The translations under genes were made by a program, and so were the position numbers. Positions 7,669 to 14,819 of a DNA stretch of 16,000 nt are shown piece by piece. The notes below the pieces were generated by a model. The model saw nothing but the letters and a program-made list of their open reading frames with translations, was not told the origin of the DNA and made no database searches. The stretch comes from Akkermansiaceae bacterium (GTDB lineage Bacteria > Verrucomicrobiota > Verrucomicrobiia > Verrucomicrobiales > Akkermansiaceae). The first letter of the stretch is position 1. Each line of letters starts with the position of its first letter. The stretch lies in NCBI GenBank assembly GCA_028822695.1, contig JAPKDA010000034.1, forward strand, positions 6,799-22,798. The letters are read 5' to 3'.

Positions 7669-10253
7669 TCGAAGAGGTCGAGCTGGGGGGCGTTGGATTG
7701 GGGGAAGGTGTTGTCCTCTTTGGCGGTCTTCTTTTTGCGGGTCGGTTGGGACTCGGGGCGGGCGGCATTTTGTTCGAGGTGGCCGAGGATCTCTTTGGCG
7801 CGGTCGATGATGGGTTTGGGCAAGCCCGCCAACTTGGCGACTTGGATGCCGTAAGACTTGTCGGCGGGGCCGGGGAGGATTTTGCGGAGGAAGATGATGT
7901 CGTCGTTCCATTCGCGGACGGCGACGTTGTGGTTTTCGACGGCGGGCTTGGTGTTGGCGAGGTCGCAGAGCTCGTGGTAGTGGGTGGCGAAGAGGGTGCG
8001 GGACTGGATGACGTCGTGGAGATATTCGGCGACGGACCAGGCGATGGAGAGGCCATCGAACGTTGCCGTTCCGCGGCCGATTTCGTCGAGAATGACGAGG
8101 GATTTGTCGGTGGCGTTGTTGATAATGAGGGAGGTTTCGTTCATTTCGACCATGAAGGTCGATTGGCCTTTGGAGAGGTCGTCGGAGGCGCCGACGCGGC
8201 AGAAGATGCGGTCGACGAGGCCGATGTGGGCGGATTCGGCGGGGACGTAGGCGCCAACCTGGGCCATGAGGGTGATGAGGGCGACCTGGCGGATGTAGGT
8301 CGACTTACCAGCCATGTTGGGTCCGGTGAGGATGACGAGGCGCGAGGTTTCGGGGTCGAGGAGGGAGTCGTTGGGGACGAATTTTTCGTCGACCATGGTT
8401 TGCTCGAGGACGGGGTGGCGGCCGTTGACGATGTTGAGGTGGCGGGATTCGTCGAGGGCGGGGCGGGAGTGTTGGTAGCGCTGCGCGGTTTCGGCGAAGC
8501 CGAGGAGGACGTCGAGGGTGGCGAGGGCGTCGGCGGTGGTCTGGAGGGCGTCGAGTTGGGAGGCGACGGCTTCGCGGAGTTTGACGAACTCTTCATACTC
8601 CAGCTTTTTGGATCGTTCGTCGGCGCCGAGGATTTTGTTTTCGACCTCTTTCAGGCCGGGCGTGATGTAGCGCTCGGCGTTGGCCATGGTTTGCTTGCGC
8701 TGGTAGTCGTCGGGGACTTTGGGGACATTGGATTTGGTGATCTCGATGAAGTAGCCGAAGACGTTGTTGAATTTGATCTTGAGTGAGTCGATGCCGGTGC
8801 GCTTGCGTTCGGAGGCCTGGAGTTCGGCGATCCATTGTTTGCCATCGCGGGAGGCGTTGCGGAGTTCGTCGAGTTCGGCGGAGTAGCCGTCGCGGATGAT
8901 GCCGCCGTCTTTGGGGGAAGCAGGGGGCTCGTCGGAGAGGGCGGAGGCGAAGAGGGTGACCAGGGTGGGGAATTCCTGGATTTTTTGGAGGAGGGAGGAC
9001 TGGAGGTTTTGGGGGGAAGGGCTTGCTCCTCCTTTGTGGGAGGGGGATTTAGAGGCGACCGGGACTGTCACCTTACTGTTGGGAGGGCCTGTGACCGGGA
9101 CGGTCATGCCACTTTGGAGAGCCGCTACGTCGGTTCGGAGGGGGGGGATTTGGGTGAGGGAGGTGGAGAGGGCGAGGAGGTCGCGGGGGTTGCCGGAGCC
9201 TTGGGAGAGGCGGCCGGTGCAGCGCTCGATGTCGCGGATGTTCTTGAGGGCCTCGCGGCATTTGGAGAGGAGAAAGGGCTCGGCGAGGAAGGATTCGACG
9301 AGGTCCTGGCGGGATTGGAGCTCCGCGAGGTTTGAGATGGGGTGGAGGATCCAATCGCGGAGTTTGCGGGCTCCCATGGGGGTGGAGGTGCGGTCGAGGA
9401 CGCCGAGGAGGGTGTGTTCGCGGCCGGAGCGGGAGTCGACGAGGTCGAGGTTTTGCTGGGAGGCGGCGTCGATGGCGACTTGCTCGCCGGAGTTGCGTAC
9501 GGAGAGGGTGCGGAGGTGGTCGCAGGAGCGGCGGAGTTGGAAGGAGAGGTAGTGAAGGATGGCGCCGGCGGCGGAGATGGCGGGGTGGAGTCCGGCGCAG
9601 CCGAAGCCGTCGAGGGACTGGACTTTGAAATGCTCGGTGAGGGTGTGGGTGGCTTGGTCAAGGAGGAAGGCGTAGCCGTCGTAGGGTTGGCAACCGCGGA
9701 GCCCGCCGAGTTGCGCGAGTTGTTCGTCGGAGATGAGAAGTTCGGAGGGGGAGAGGCGGGCGAGTTCGTCTTCGAGTTGTTGGCGATCGGGGAACTCGGC
9801 GACGGTGAATTCGCCGGTGGAGTGGTCGGCGCAGGCGAGACCCCAGGACTTTTTGTGTTGGAAGACGGCGGCGAGGTAGTTGTGCTTGCGGTCGTCGAGG
9901 AGGTTGAGATCGTCGATGGTGCCGGCGGAAAGGATCTGGGCGATCTCGCGTTCGACGAGTTGGCCGGGGACGGGGACGGAGGTTTGCTCGCCGAGGGCGA
10001 CGCGTTTGCCGGCCTGAATGAGCTTGGCGATGTAGCCCTGCGCGGCGTGATGCGGGACGCCGCACATGGGGACGGTGTGGCGTTTGGTGAGGGCGACGTT
10101 GAGGATGGGGGCGGCGATTTTGGCGTCCTCGAAGAACATTTCGTAGAAATCACCAAGGCGGTAGAGGAGGAGGACGTCGTCGGGGAGGGAGCGGCGCAGT
10201 TTTTGATACTGCGCCATCATGGGGGTGAGTGCTCCTTCCTTGCTGCTGGCCAT
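7665..10253 (-). CDS. mutS: DNA mismatch repair protein MutS
   Basis: Start moved to ATG 10253 (MASSKEGALTPMMAQYQKL...LLLYRLGDFYEMFFEDA, the canonical MutS N-terminus). Walker A GPNMAGKST, DEIGRGTATFDG and FATHYHEL are present. The C-terminal QLDLF is a clamp-binding-like motif. 862 aa. Confidence 0.95.
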   Translation of the reverse strand: MASSKEGALTPMMAQYQKLRRSLPDDVLLLYRLGDFYEMFFEDAKIAAPILNVALTKRHTVPMCGVPHHAAQGYIAKLIQAGKRVALGEQTSVPVPGQLVEREIAQILSAGTIDDLNLLDDRKHNYLAAVFQHKKSWGLACADHSTGEFTVAEFPDRQQLEDELARLSPSELLISDEQLAQLGGLRGCQPYDGYAFLLDQATHTLTEHFKVQSLDGFGCAGLHPAISAAGAILHYLSFQLRRSCDHLRTLSVRNSGEQVAIDAASQQNLDLVDSRSGREHTLLGVLDRTSTPMGARKLRDWILHPISNLAELQSRQDLVESFLAEPFLLSKCREALKNIRDIERCTGRLSQGSGNPRDLLALSTSLTQIPPLRTDVAALQSGMTVPVTGPPNSKVTVPVASKSPSHKGGASPSPQNLQSSLLQKIQEFPTLVTLFASALSDEPPASPKDGGIIRDGYSAELDELRNASRDGKQWIAELQASERKRTGIDSLKIKFNNVFGYFIEITKSNVPKVPDDYQRKQTMANAERYITPGLKEVENKILGADERSKKLEYEEFVKLREAVASQLDALQTTADALATLDVLLGFAETAQRYQHSRPALDESRHLNIVNGRHPVLEQTMVDEKFVPNDSLLDPETSRLVILTGPNMAGKSTYIRQVALITLMAQVGAYVPAESAHIGLVDRIFCRVGASDDLSKGQSTFMVEMNETSLIINNATDKSLVILDEIGRGTATFDGLSIAWSVAEYLHDVIQSRTLFATHYHELCDLANTKPAVENHNVAVREWNDDIIFLRKILPGPADKSYGIQVAKLAGLPKPIIDRAKEILGHLEQNAARPESQPTRKKKTAKEDNTFPQSNAPQLDLFD

Positions 10254-10330
10254 CTGGGGGGAGCTTGAACGAGGGAGGCGGGGGATTGAACCACTGAATT
10301 CGCTGATTTCACTGAGTGGGAAGATTGATC

Positions 10331-10350
10331 CGCAGATTTTCGCAGATTTT
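10331..10350. repeat. Perfect tandem direct repeat 2 x CGCAGATTTT in the mutS / b562-like divergent intergenic region
   Basis: Read directly: cgcagattttcgcagatttt. It is preceded by a third AGATT at 10322-10326. Confidence 0.9.
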
Positions 10351-10415
10351 GTCCGGACAGGGGAGCTGATATGCTCTGGGTTGGTCAAAGACGGGCGGTC
10401 CCGGGGAGTGGAAAG

Positions 10416-10447
10416 TTGACAGAATGGCGGTGCTTGGCGAGTAGTGG
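10416..10447 (+). promoter_or_regulatory. Candidate promoter for the b562-like gene
   Basis: A perfect -35 TTGACA lies at 10416-10421. The -10 candidates are only weak (GAGTAG at 17 nt, TAGTGG at 20 nt). The ATG follows within ~10 nt, so the mRNA would be nearly leaderless. Confidence 0.3.
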
Positions 10448-10453
10448 GGCGTG

Positions 10454-10885
10454 ATGAAAGTTGAGTCTATTGGCAAGCTGTTCGCCCTCGGGGCGATGAT
10501 GGGATTGGTGGCGATTGCTCCAGTCAGGGCAGATGATGATGAGGAAACTCCTCTGGGTGAGCAAATGGGGGACGTGAGCGGTGCCCTGAAGGGGTTGCGC
10601 AAGGCTCCAGATTTTGCTGCGAAGGCCGAGTTGGCCCGGAAGGGGCAGACGGCGGTGATCAATTCCCTGAAGTATCTACCCGTGATGTTCGAGGGGATGA
10701 AGGACGAGAAGGTGAAGACCAAGGCAACCGCTGACTACAAGCGGATGATGGGTCAGGCCCTGATGTTGTTCGCGGAGCTTGAGCTCGCTTTCCTTGAGGA
10801 AGATGAGGACAAGGCGGATGAGATCGTCGACAAGTTGAAGGACCTCAAGAAGGAGGGTCACAACGCCTACGTGGAGGACGAGTAA
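10454..10885 (+). CDS. Secreted four-helix-bundle protein, cytochrome b562-like
   Basis: The signal peptide MKVESIGKLFALGAMMGLVAIAPVRA is followed by DDDE. PLGEQMGDVSGALKGLRKA aligns by eye with E. coli b562 LEDNMETLNDNLKVIEKA (Met ligand), and LKDLKKEGHNAY aligns with LKTTRNAYH (His ligand region). GTG 10451 is an alternative start. Confidence 0.55.
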   Translation: MKVESIGKLFALGAMMGLVAIAPVRADDDEETPLGEQMGDVSGALKGLRKAPDFAAKAELARKGQTAVINSLKYLPVMFEGMKDEKVKTKATADYKRMMGQALMLFAELELAFLEEDEDKADEIVDKLKDLKKEGHNAYVEDE

Positions 10886-10916
10886 AGACCGTCTCTGAAC
10901 GAAACACCTTTAATGA

Positions 10917-10946
10917 AAAGCGCGGCCTGTGGGTCGCGCTTTTTTG
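10917..10946 (+). terminator. Rho-independent terminator of the b562-like gene
   Basis: aaaagcgcggcc-tgtg-ggtcgcgctttttt: a ~10-bp GC-rich stem, a 4-nt loop and a T6 run, 32 nt after the stop. Confidence 0.8.
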
Positions 10947-11060
10947 TGGGGAGGGCTCCTGAAAGGGAGGGCTTCAGGGACGCGGGATACCGGGCGTGTG
11001 CGGGCCTGCGAATGGCTGTCGCCATCCCGTCAGGGTGGGTAATTGCAGTGGGGCAATCTT

Positions 11061-11080
11061 CCCATGGTTGGAACCATGGG
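11061..11080 (-). repeat. Palindromic hairpin sharing the GGTTCCAACC core of the post-stop element
   Basis: cccatggttggaaccatggg has 9+9 nt perfectly complementary arms around the central GG. It lies 45 nt from copy 3. Confidence 0.7.
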
Positions 11081-11124
11081 CTGTGTGCCGTGTCACTTTC
11101 AGGGACGGGGAGCGGTCGACTGAA

Positions 11125-11143
11125 GCGGGTTGGAAACCCACGC
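11125..11143 (-). repeat. Post-stop hairpin element, copy 3 (3' of the L,D-transpeptidase gene)
   Basis: mRNA sense reads TAAACAGGAGCGTGGGTTTCCAACCCGCTTCAGTC and starts 3 nt after the TAA. It is 24/25 identical to the mutS copy over GGAGCG...GCTTC. Confidence 0.7.
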
Positions 11144-11149
11144 TCCTGT

Positions 11150-11797
11150 TTACTTCACGATGCTGACGGGGGTGCCGACGCGGACTTGCGAGTAGACGGT
11201 GGAGACGGCGGCAGAGTAGGTGCGGACGCAGCCGTGGGATGCCGCGTAGCGGGGGACGTCGCCGCGGTGCATGCCGATGCCGCCCCAAGTGAGGCGCATC
11301 CAGTAAGGCATGGAGGCTCCGACGAATTTGCCGCCCTCAGGAATACTGTCCTGGGTGGAGTCGGCGTTGGAATTGTGGACGTTGCCTTCGGCGTCGTAGA
11401 TCTTGCCGTAGAGGTTGGAGCGTTTGTCGGCCTTGAGTTTCTCGAGAACCCGGTAGCTGCCGGGGGGGGTTGGGAAGGCCCGCTTGCCGGAGGAGACGGG
11501 GTAGTCCATGGCGACTTCATCGCCTTTGTAGAGAACGGCACGCTGCAGGCCGAGGTCGATGGTGATGCGTGACGGGGCGCCACTGCTCAGGACGGTCTGG
11601 TTTTTATAAACCTTGTAGGTCTTCTGGTAGCCAGGCTCGGCTTTGAAGTGATCGTGGCTTCCCGCCGAGTGGGGGTTCACGAAGACGCCGGTGATTTTTT
11701 TCGTCTGCTCCGGGTTTGGAGTAGGCGGAGTGGAGGTACAGCTCGCGAAGAGTCCGGTCAGGAGGGCCAGAGGAAGTGCTGATTTGAGGAGGTGCAT
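11150..11797 (-). CDS. L,D-transpeptidase (YkuD family) lipoprotein
   Basis: 215 aa. The signal peptide with lipobox-like LFASC gives MHLLKSALPLALLTGLFASCTS. The YkuD catalytic motif SHGCVRT is preceded by GIGMHRG. Confidence 0.88.
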   Translation of the reverse strand: MHLLKSALPLALLTGLFASCTSTPPTPNPEQTKKITGVFVNPHSAGSHDHFKAEPGYQKTYKVYKNQTVLSSGAPSRITIDLGLQRAVLYKGDEVAMDYPVSSGKRAFPTPPGSYRVLEKLKADKRSNLYGKIYDAEGNVHNSNADSTQDSIPEGGKFVGASMPYWMRLTWGGIGMHRGDVPRYAASHGCVRTYSAAVSTVYSQVRVGTPVSIVK

Positions 11798-11850
11798 AGC
11801 TTTGCTATCGCGATTGGAACGAGGGGAATGTACATTCTATGGGATGATTC

Positions 11851-12714
11851 TCAAGTCCCGGAATTACCATGTATTGTCTGGCAAATCGGGCACCAAGCGG
11901 TGGTGCGGCCGGCGATGGTGGCCCGGGCGAGGGATTTGTTGCACCGGGGGCAGGATCCGCCGGGTTTCCAGCGGTGCTGGAAGAGCCAGGAGGGGGGTGG
12001 GACGAGGTGGACGTAGCTGCCGGGAGCGAAAGCCTCGGTGCGGGTGCTGCTGAGGGCGAAATTCTTGTCGGCGACGTGGCGGATGGCTCCGCGGCAGACA
12101 AATTGAGAGGATTTGCGGAGGTCGGCGGGGTCGAGTCGGCCGACAGGGGTGGAGGGATGGGCGTTGAGGCGCCAGCAGATCTCGTCGGCCATCCAGTTGC
12201 CGACGCCGGGGAAGGCGGATTGGTCGAGGAGGAGGGCTTTGAGGGCGACGCGGGGTCGGCGGTCGAGGAGGGCGGTGAGGTAGGCGAGGGAGAATTTGCG
12301 GTCGAGGACCTGGGGTGGGAGGGCCGCCCAGGGGTCGGCCTCGCGGTGGAGTTTGACGCCGCCGAACTGGCGGTAGTCGTTGTAGGCGAAGGTGTGGTTC
12401 GGGGTGCGGAGGAGGAAGTGGTCGTGTTTTTCGGCGAGGTGGTCGGGGGGTGCGGTGTAGAGGCGGCCGGCCATGCCCAGGTGCAACTCCAGGTGGAGGA
12501 AGTGTTCAGTTGCAGAAGAGAAGGTGAAGAGGAGGCGTTTGCCGTGGGCGCGGGTGGCGATGAGTTGGGTGCCGGGGAGGAGTTTGCGAAGGGTCGCGGC
12601 GGGGCAGTCGCGGAAGACACGGGTTTTGGGGTGGCAGTCGACGGCGGTGATGGTGTCGCCGACGGCAGGTTCCCAGAGACGGCGGGCGAGTTCTACTTCG
12701 GCAAGTTCGGGCAT
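11851..12714 (-). CDS. mutM: Fpg/Nei family DNA glycosylase / AP lyase (formamidopyrimidine-DNA glycosylase-like)
   Basis: 287 aa. N-terminal MPELAEVE (catalytic Pro2/Glu3), HLGMAG, EKHDH, YRQFG and the H2TH motif PGVGNWMADE are present. The C-terminal zinc finger is CPRC...CPIC. Confidence 0.88.
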   Translation of the reverse strand: MPELAEVELARRLWEPAVGDTITAVDCHPKTRVFRDCPAATLRKLLPGTQLIATRAHGKRLLFTFSSATEHFLHLELHLGMAGRLYTAPPDHLAEKHDHFLLRTPNHTFAYNDYRQFGGVKLHREADPWAALPPQVLDRKFSLAYLTALLDRRPRVALKALLLDQSAFPGVGNWMADEICWRLNAHPSTPVGRLDPADLRKSSQFVCRGAIRHVADKNFALSSTRTEAFAPGSYVHLVPPPSWLFQHRWKPGGSCPRCNKSLARATIAGRTTAWCPICQTIHGNSGT

Positions 12715-12727
12715 CTGCGGAGCAGGA

Positions 12728-12742
12728 GTTATCGGTTATCCG
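12728..12742. repeat. Left arm of an inverted repeat (GTTATCGGTTATCCG; two GGTTATC-type heptamers)
   Basis: Its reverse complement recurs at 12920-12941 as cggataacc[aataacc]gataac, with one extra heptamer. Confidence 0.8.
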
Positions 12743-12919
12743 ATTTGGTGATCAGGGGAGATATAGGTTCAGGCAATTGGCGGGTTCGACAAGCTGAATA
12801 TCCGTCGGGGGTTTGCGGCATCCCTTCGGGAGGCGTTGGGGCGGGTGGGGAATGAGCCGGGGATGGGATCACCGGCTACTGTTTGGTGTCCCTCCGGGAC
12901 GGGTTTCGTCCTCTCCCCC

Positions 12920-12941
12920 CGGATAACCAATAACCGATAAC
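12920..12941. repeat. Right arm of the inverted repeat (three tandem ATAACC-type heptamers)
   Basis: cggataaccaataaccgataac. It pairs with 12728-12742 and lies 7 nt from the TPR stop. The left arm lies 14 nt from the fpg start. Confidence 0.8.
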
Positions 12942-12947
12942 GGAGAA

Positions 12948-14354
12948 CTACTTCTTCCGGGCTCGCTCGAGGAGGGCGGCGGTTTCTTCGTTGTCGGGGT
13001 CGAGGGAGGCGGCGCGTTTGAGGAGGGAGGTGGCGGGGGAGTGGTTTTTGTCTTGGTCGAGCCAGAGTTTGGCGAGTTCGCGGAGGGCGCGGGCTGCTTG
13101 TTTTGGCTTTTCGGGCGGGGTGTTGCGGACGGCTTCGCGGAGGCGGGACTCGGCGCCGGGGAGGTCGCCGGCGTCGCGGAGGGCGCCGGCAAATTCGAGT
13201 TGGAAGTTGGCACCGAGGAACTTCTTGTCGTCGGGGTCTTTGGAGTCCTTGGCGAGAGCTTCGGCGAGGCGGAATTGGAGCGTGGCGATTTCGGTATCGC
13301 CGTCGCGGAGGGTGGCGATGGCGAGGCGGGTGGCAATACCGACATGCTTGGGGTGGTCGAAGCGGGCGTTGTCGAGGATGAGGCGGGCGGGGTGGGGTTG
13401 CTCGTTTTTGAGGTATTCGTTGGCGAGTTCGAGGAAGTCCTGGGGGTCGCCGCCTGCGATTTTGAGGACTTCGGAGCGGTGGTGAAGGGACTTGTCGATG
13501 TCGCCAGCGTCGGCGTAAAGTTTGGCGAGGGCTTTGTGGGCGAGGACCTGGTCGTGGTCGATGCTGAGGGTTTCGAGGAGGGAGGCTTCGGCTTCTTCGG
13601 TGCGGTCGGCGTAGATGAGGAGGAGGCCGAGGCGGGTGCGGAGTTCAAGGGAGTTGGGGACGGCTTCGACGTGTTTTTGGAGGACGACGATCGCTTCAGC
13701 GAGGCGACCGGTTTTGCGGTAGTAGTCGGAGACGGAGCGAACGGCGGCGGGGAACTCGATGCCGGTCTCGGCGGTTTTCAGGGCGATGGTTTCGAGGAGC
13801 TCGGGGAGTTCGGGTGAGTCGCTGGGGAGGAGGGTGCGGACGATAGGGGCGAGGGACATCCAGTGGAAGGGACCGGCTTCGGGGGCATCAAACTGGGCGT
13901 CGAGGAGGGCGCGGGATTTGTCGGGTTCCTCGTTGTTTTCGTAGAGGTTGATGAGGGGGGAGAAGACGGCGCTGGTGTGAGGGAAGTTTTTGTTGGCGCG
14001 TTCGAGGGTTTCGATGGCGGTGTTCCGAGCGGTGGCGTCGCGGGGGGTGTATTGGTTAAGGAAGTCGGCGTAGTCGATGTGGGAGTCGAGGTGGTCGGGG
14101 TGCTCCTGGGCGTAGTGCCGGAGGGTGCCGGAGGCGGCGGGGAGGTCGTTGGTCGCGAGTTGAGAGGTGGAGGTCTTCCGGGCGAGGTAGTAGGCGTGGG
14201 GGGCGTCGGCGAGGGAGGCTTCGTAGAGTTTGCGGGCTCCTTGGTGATCTTGGTTTTGCTCGGCATAGACTCCTTTCGCAAACTGGGAGAGTTTGGCGCG
14301 TTGGTTCTCCGCGTGGAGCGGGGAGGCCAGGATGAGGAGAAGGAGGAGGCGCAT
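12948..14354 (-). CDS. Secreted tetratricopeptide-repeat (TPR) protein
   Basis: 468 aa. The signal peptide is MRLLLLLILASPLHA. Repeated helical A/L/Y-rich 34-aa-type units occur throughout (e.g. ALAKLYADAGDIDKSLHHRSEVLKI). There is no catalytic motif. Confidence 0.8.
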   Translation of the reverse strand: MRLLLLLILASPLHAENQRAKLSQFAKGVYAEQNQDHQGARKLYEASLADAPHAYYLARKTSTSQLATNDLPAASGTLRHYAQEHPDHLDSHIDYADFLNQYTPRDATARNTAIETLERANKNFPHTSAVFSPLINLYENNEEPDKSRALLDAQFDAPEAGPFHWMSLAPIVRTLLPSDSPELPELLETIALKTAETGIEFPAAVRSVSDYYRKTGRLAEAIVVLQKHVEAVPNSLELRTRLGLLLIYADRTEEAEASLLETLSIDHDQVLAHKALAKLYADAGDIDKSLHHRSEVLKIAGGDPQDFLELANEYLKNEQPHPARLILDNARFDHPKHVGIATRLAIATLRDGDTEIATLQFRLAEALAKDSKDPDDKKFLGANFQLEFAGALRDAGDLPGAESRLREAVRNTPPEKPKQAARALRELAKLWLDQDKNHSPATSLLKRAASLDPDNEETAALLERARKK

Positions 14355-14368
14355 GGGGGACGGGGAGG

Positions 14369-14398
14369 ATTATACGGGAGGGAACATCCAATATCGAA
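14369..14398 (-). promoter_or_regulatory. Candidate promoter of the TPR gene
   Basis: In minus sense, TTCGAT (14398-14393), an 18-nt spacer, then a perfect TATAAT (14374-14369). Only 14 nt separate the -10 from the ATG. It overlaps a 12-mer direct repeat. Confidence 0.35.
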
Positions 14399-14537
14399 CA
14401 AGGAATGTCCAATGACCAAGGGGGACGGCCTTGGGGGAATAGCGGGGGGAGAGGGAGGTGGAGCCACCGAAACAACGAAGTTGTGCCGCTACGGGAGAGA
14501 AGGCCAATGACCGAGACGGTCACGCCACGTGTACATA

Positions 14538-14568
14538 GGAAAAGGGATGCGCTTGGGGCGCATCCCTT
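14538..14568 (-). terminator. Rho-independent terminator downstream of the bS22-like gene
   Basis: An 11-bp perfect stem aagggatgcgc / gcgcatccctt with a 5-nt loop. In minus sense it is followed by TTTTCC. Confidence 0.55.
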
Positions 14569-14665
14569 GAGAGGGAGAATTCAGTTGGTCCTCGGGAAGA
14601 ACGGAGGCTCAGCGGCGGGACGCCACGGGCACGGCCTGCGGCAGGATGCCACAGCCACGCGTTCC

Positions 14666-14770
14666 CTAGGACTTGTAGCGGAGGCGCTTCTTGTGACGAT
14701 TCGCCTTCATGCGCTTTTTGCGCTTATGCTTACTGATTTTTGTCTTACGACTTTTTTTGAGACAGCCCAT
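14666..14770 (-). CDS. 34-aa highly basic protein, bS22 / AURKAIP1-COX24-like small ribosomal protein
   Basis: Hand translation gives MGCLKKSRKTKISKHKRKKRMKANRHKKRLRYKS followed by TAG. It resembles mycobacterial bS22 (as I recall it, [33 protein letters not shown]). It is not in the ORF track (too short) and is followed by a terminator. Confidence 0.6.
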   Translation of the reverse strand: MGCLKKSRKTKISKHKRKKRMKANRHKKRLRYKS

Positions 14771-14819
14771 TGTGGTTGCTGGTTAGTTGGTTTGTTTATG
14801 CGATGAAAATTGACCCCGG

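Noticed and set aside
7593-8786. Long plus-strand ORFs antisense to real genes (7593..8786 at 397 aa, 5400..6812 at 470 aa, 4111..5322 at 403 aa, 9342..10268, 11869..12855, 13041..13817, 13863..14510, 3635..4648). All are rich in G/E/V/A/D.
   Set aside because: They mirror well-supported minus-strand genes (mutS, korA, korB, fpg, TPR, GYF). Because those genes use C-ending codons, the antisense frame consists of GNN codons and cannot contain stops. The translations are low-complexity and have no recognisable motifs.
9125-10156. Alternative-frame minus-strand ORFs rich in P/S/T/R (e.g. 9125..10156, 573..1448, 1529..2416, 7514..8056, 12869..13648, 13778..14467, 15106..15756, 11805..12620).
   Set aside because: They are out-of-frame or antisense shadows of confidently identified genes. 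Their Pro/Ser/Arg-rich composition is typical of off-frame translation of GC-rich DNA.
10913-11572. A 219-aa plus-strand ORF starting just after the b562-like gene.
   Set aside because: Its start lies inside the rho-independent terminator stem. It crosses the hairpin-rich spacer and then runs antisense to the L,D-transpeptidase gene. Nothing in it is protein-like.
12775-12800. GGTTCGAC (T-loop-like) in the fpg/TPR spacer, considered as a possible tRNA.
   Set aside because: The flanks cannot form a T-stem (ggcgg versus aagct), and no acceptor or anticodon arms can be drawn. No tRNA, rRNA, tmRNA, SRP or RNase P signature was recognised anywhere in the window.
12728-12941. TTATCC-containing heptamers considered as DnaA boxes or a replication origin.
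   Set aside because: They match only 6 of 9 positions of TTATCCACA. There is no AT-rich unwinding element and no dnaA or dnaN nearby. The G>C strand bias does not switch sign anywhere in the window.
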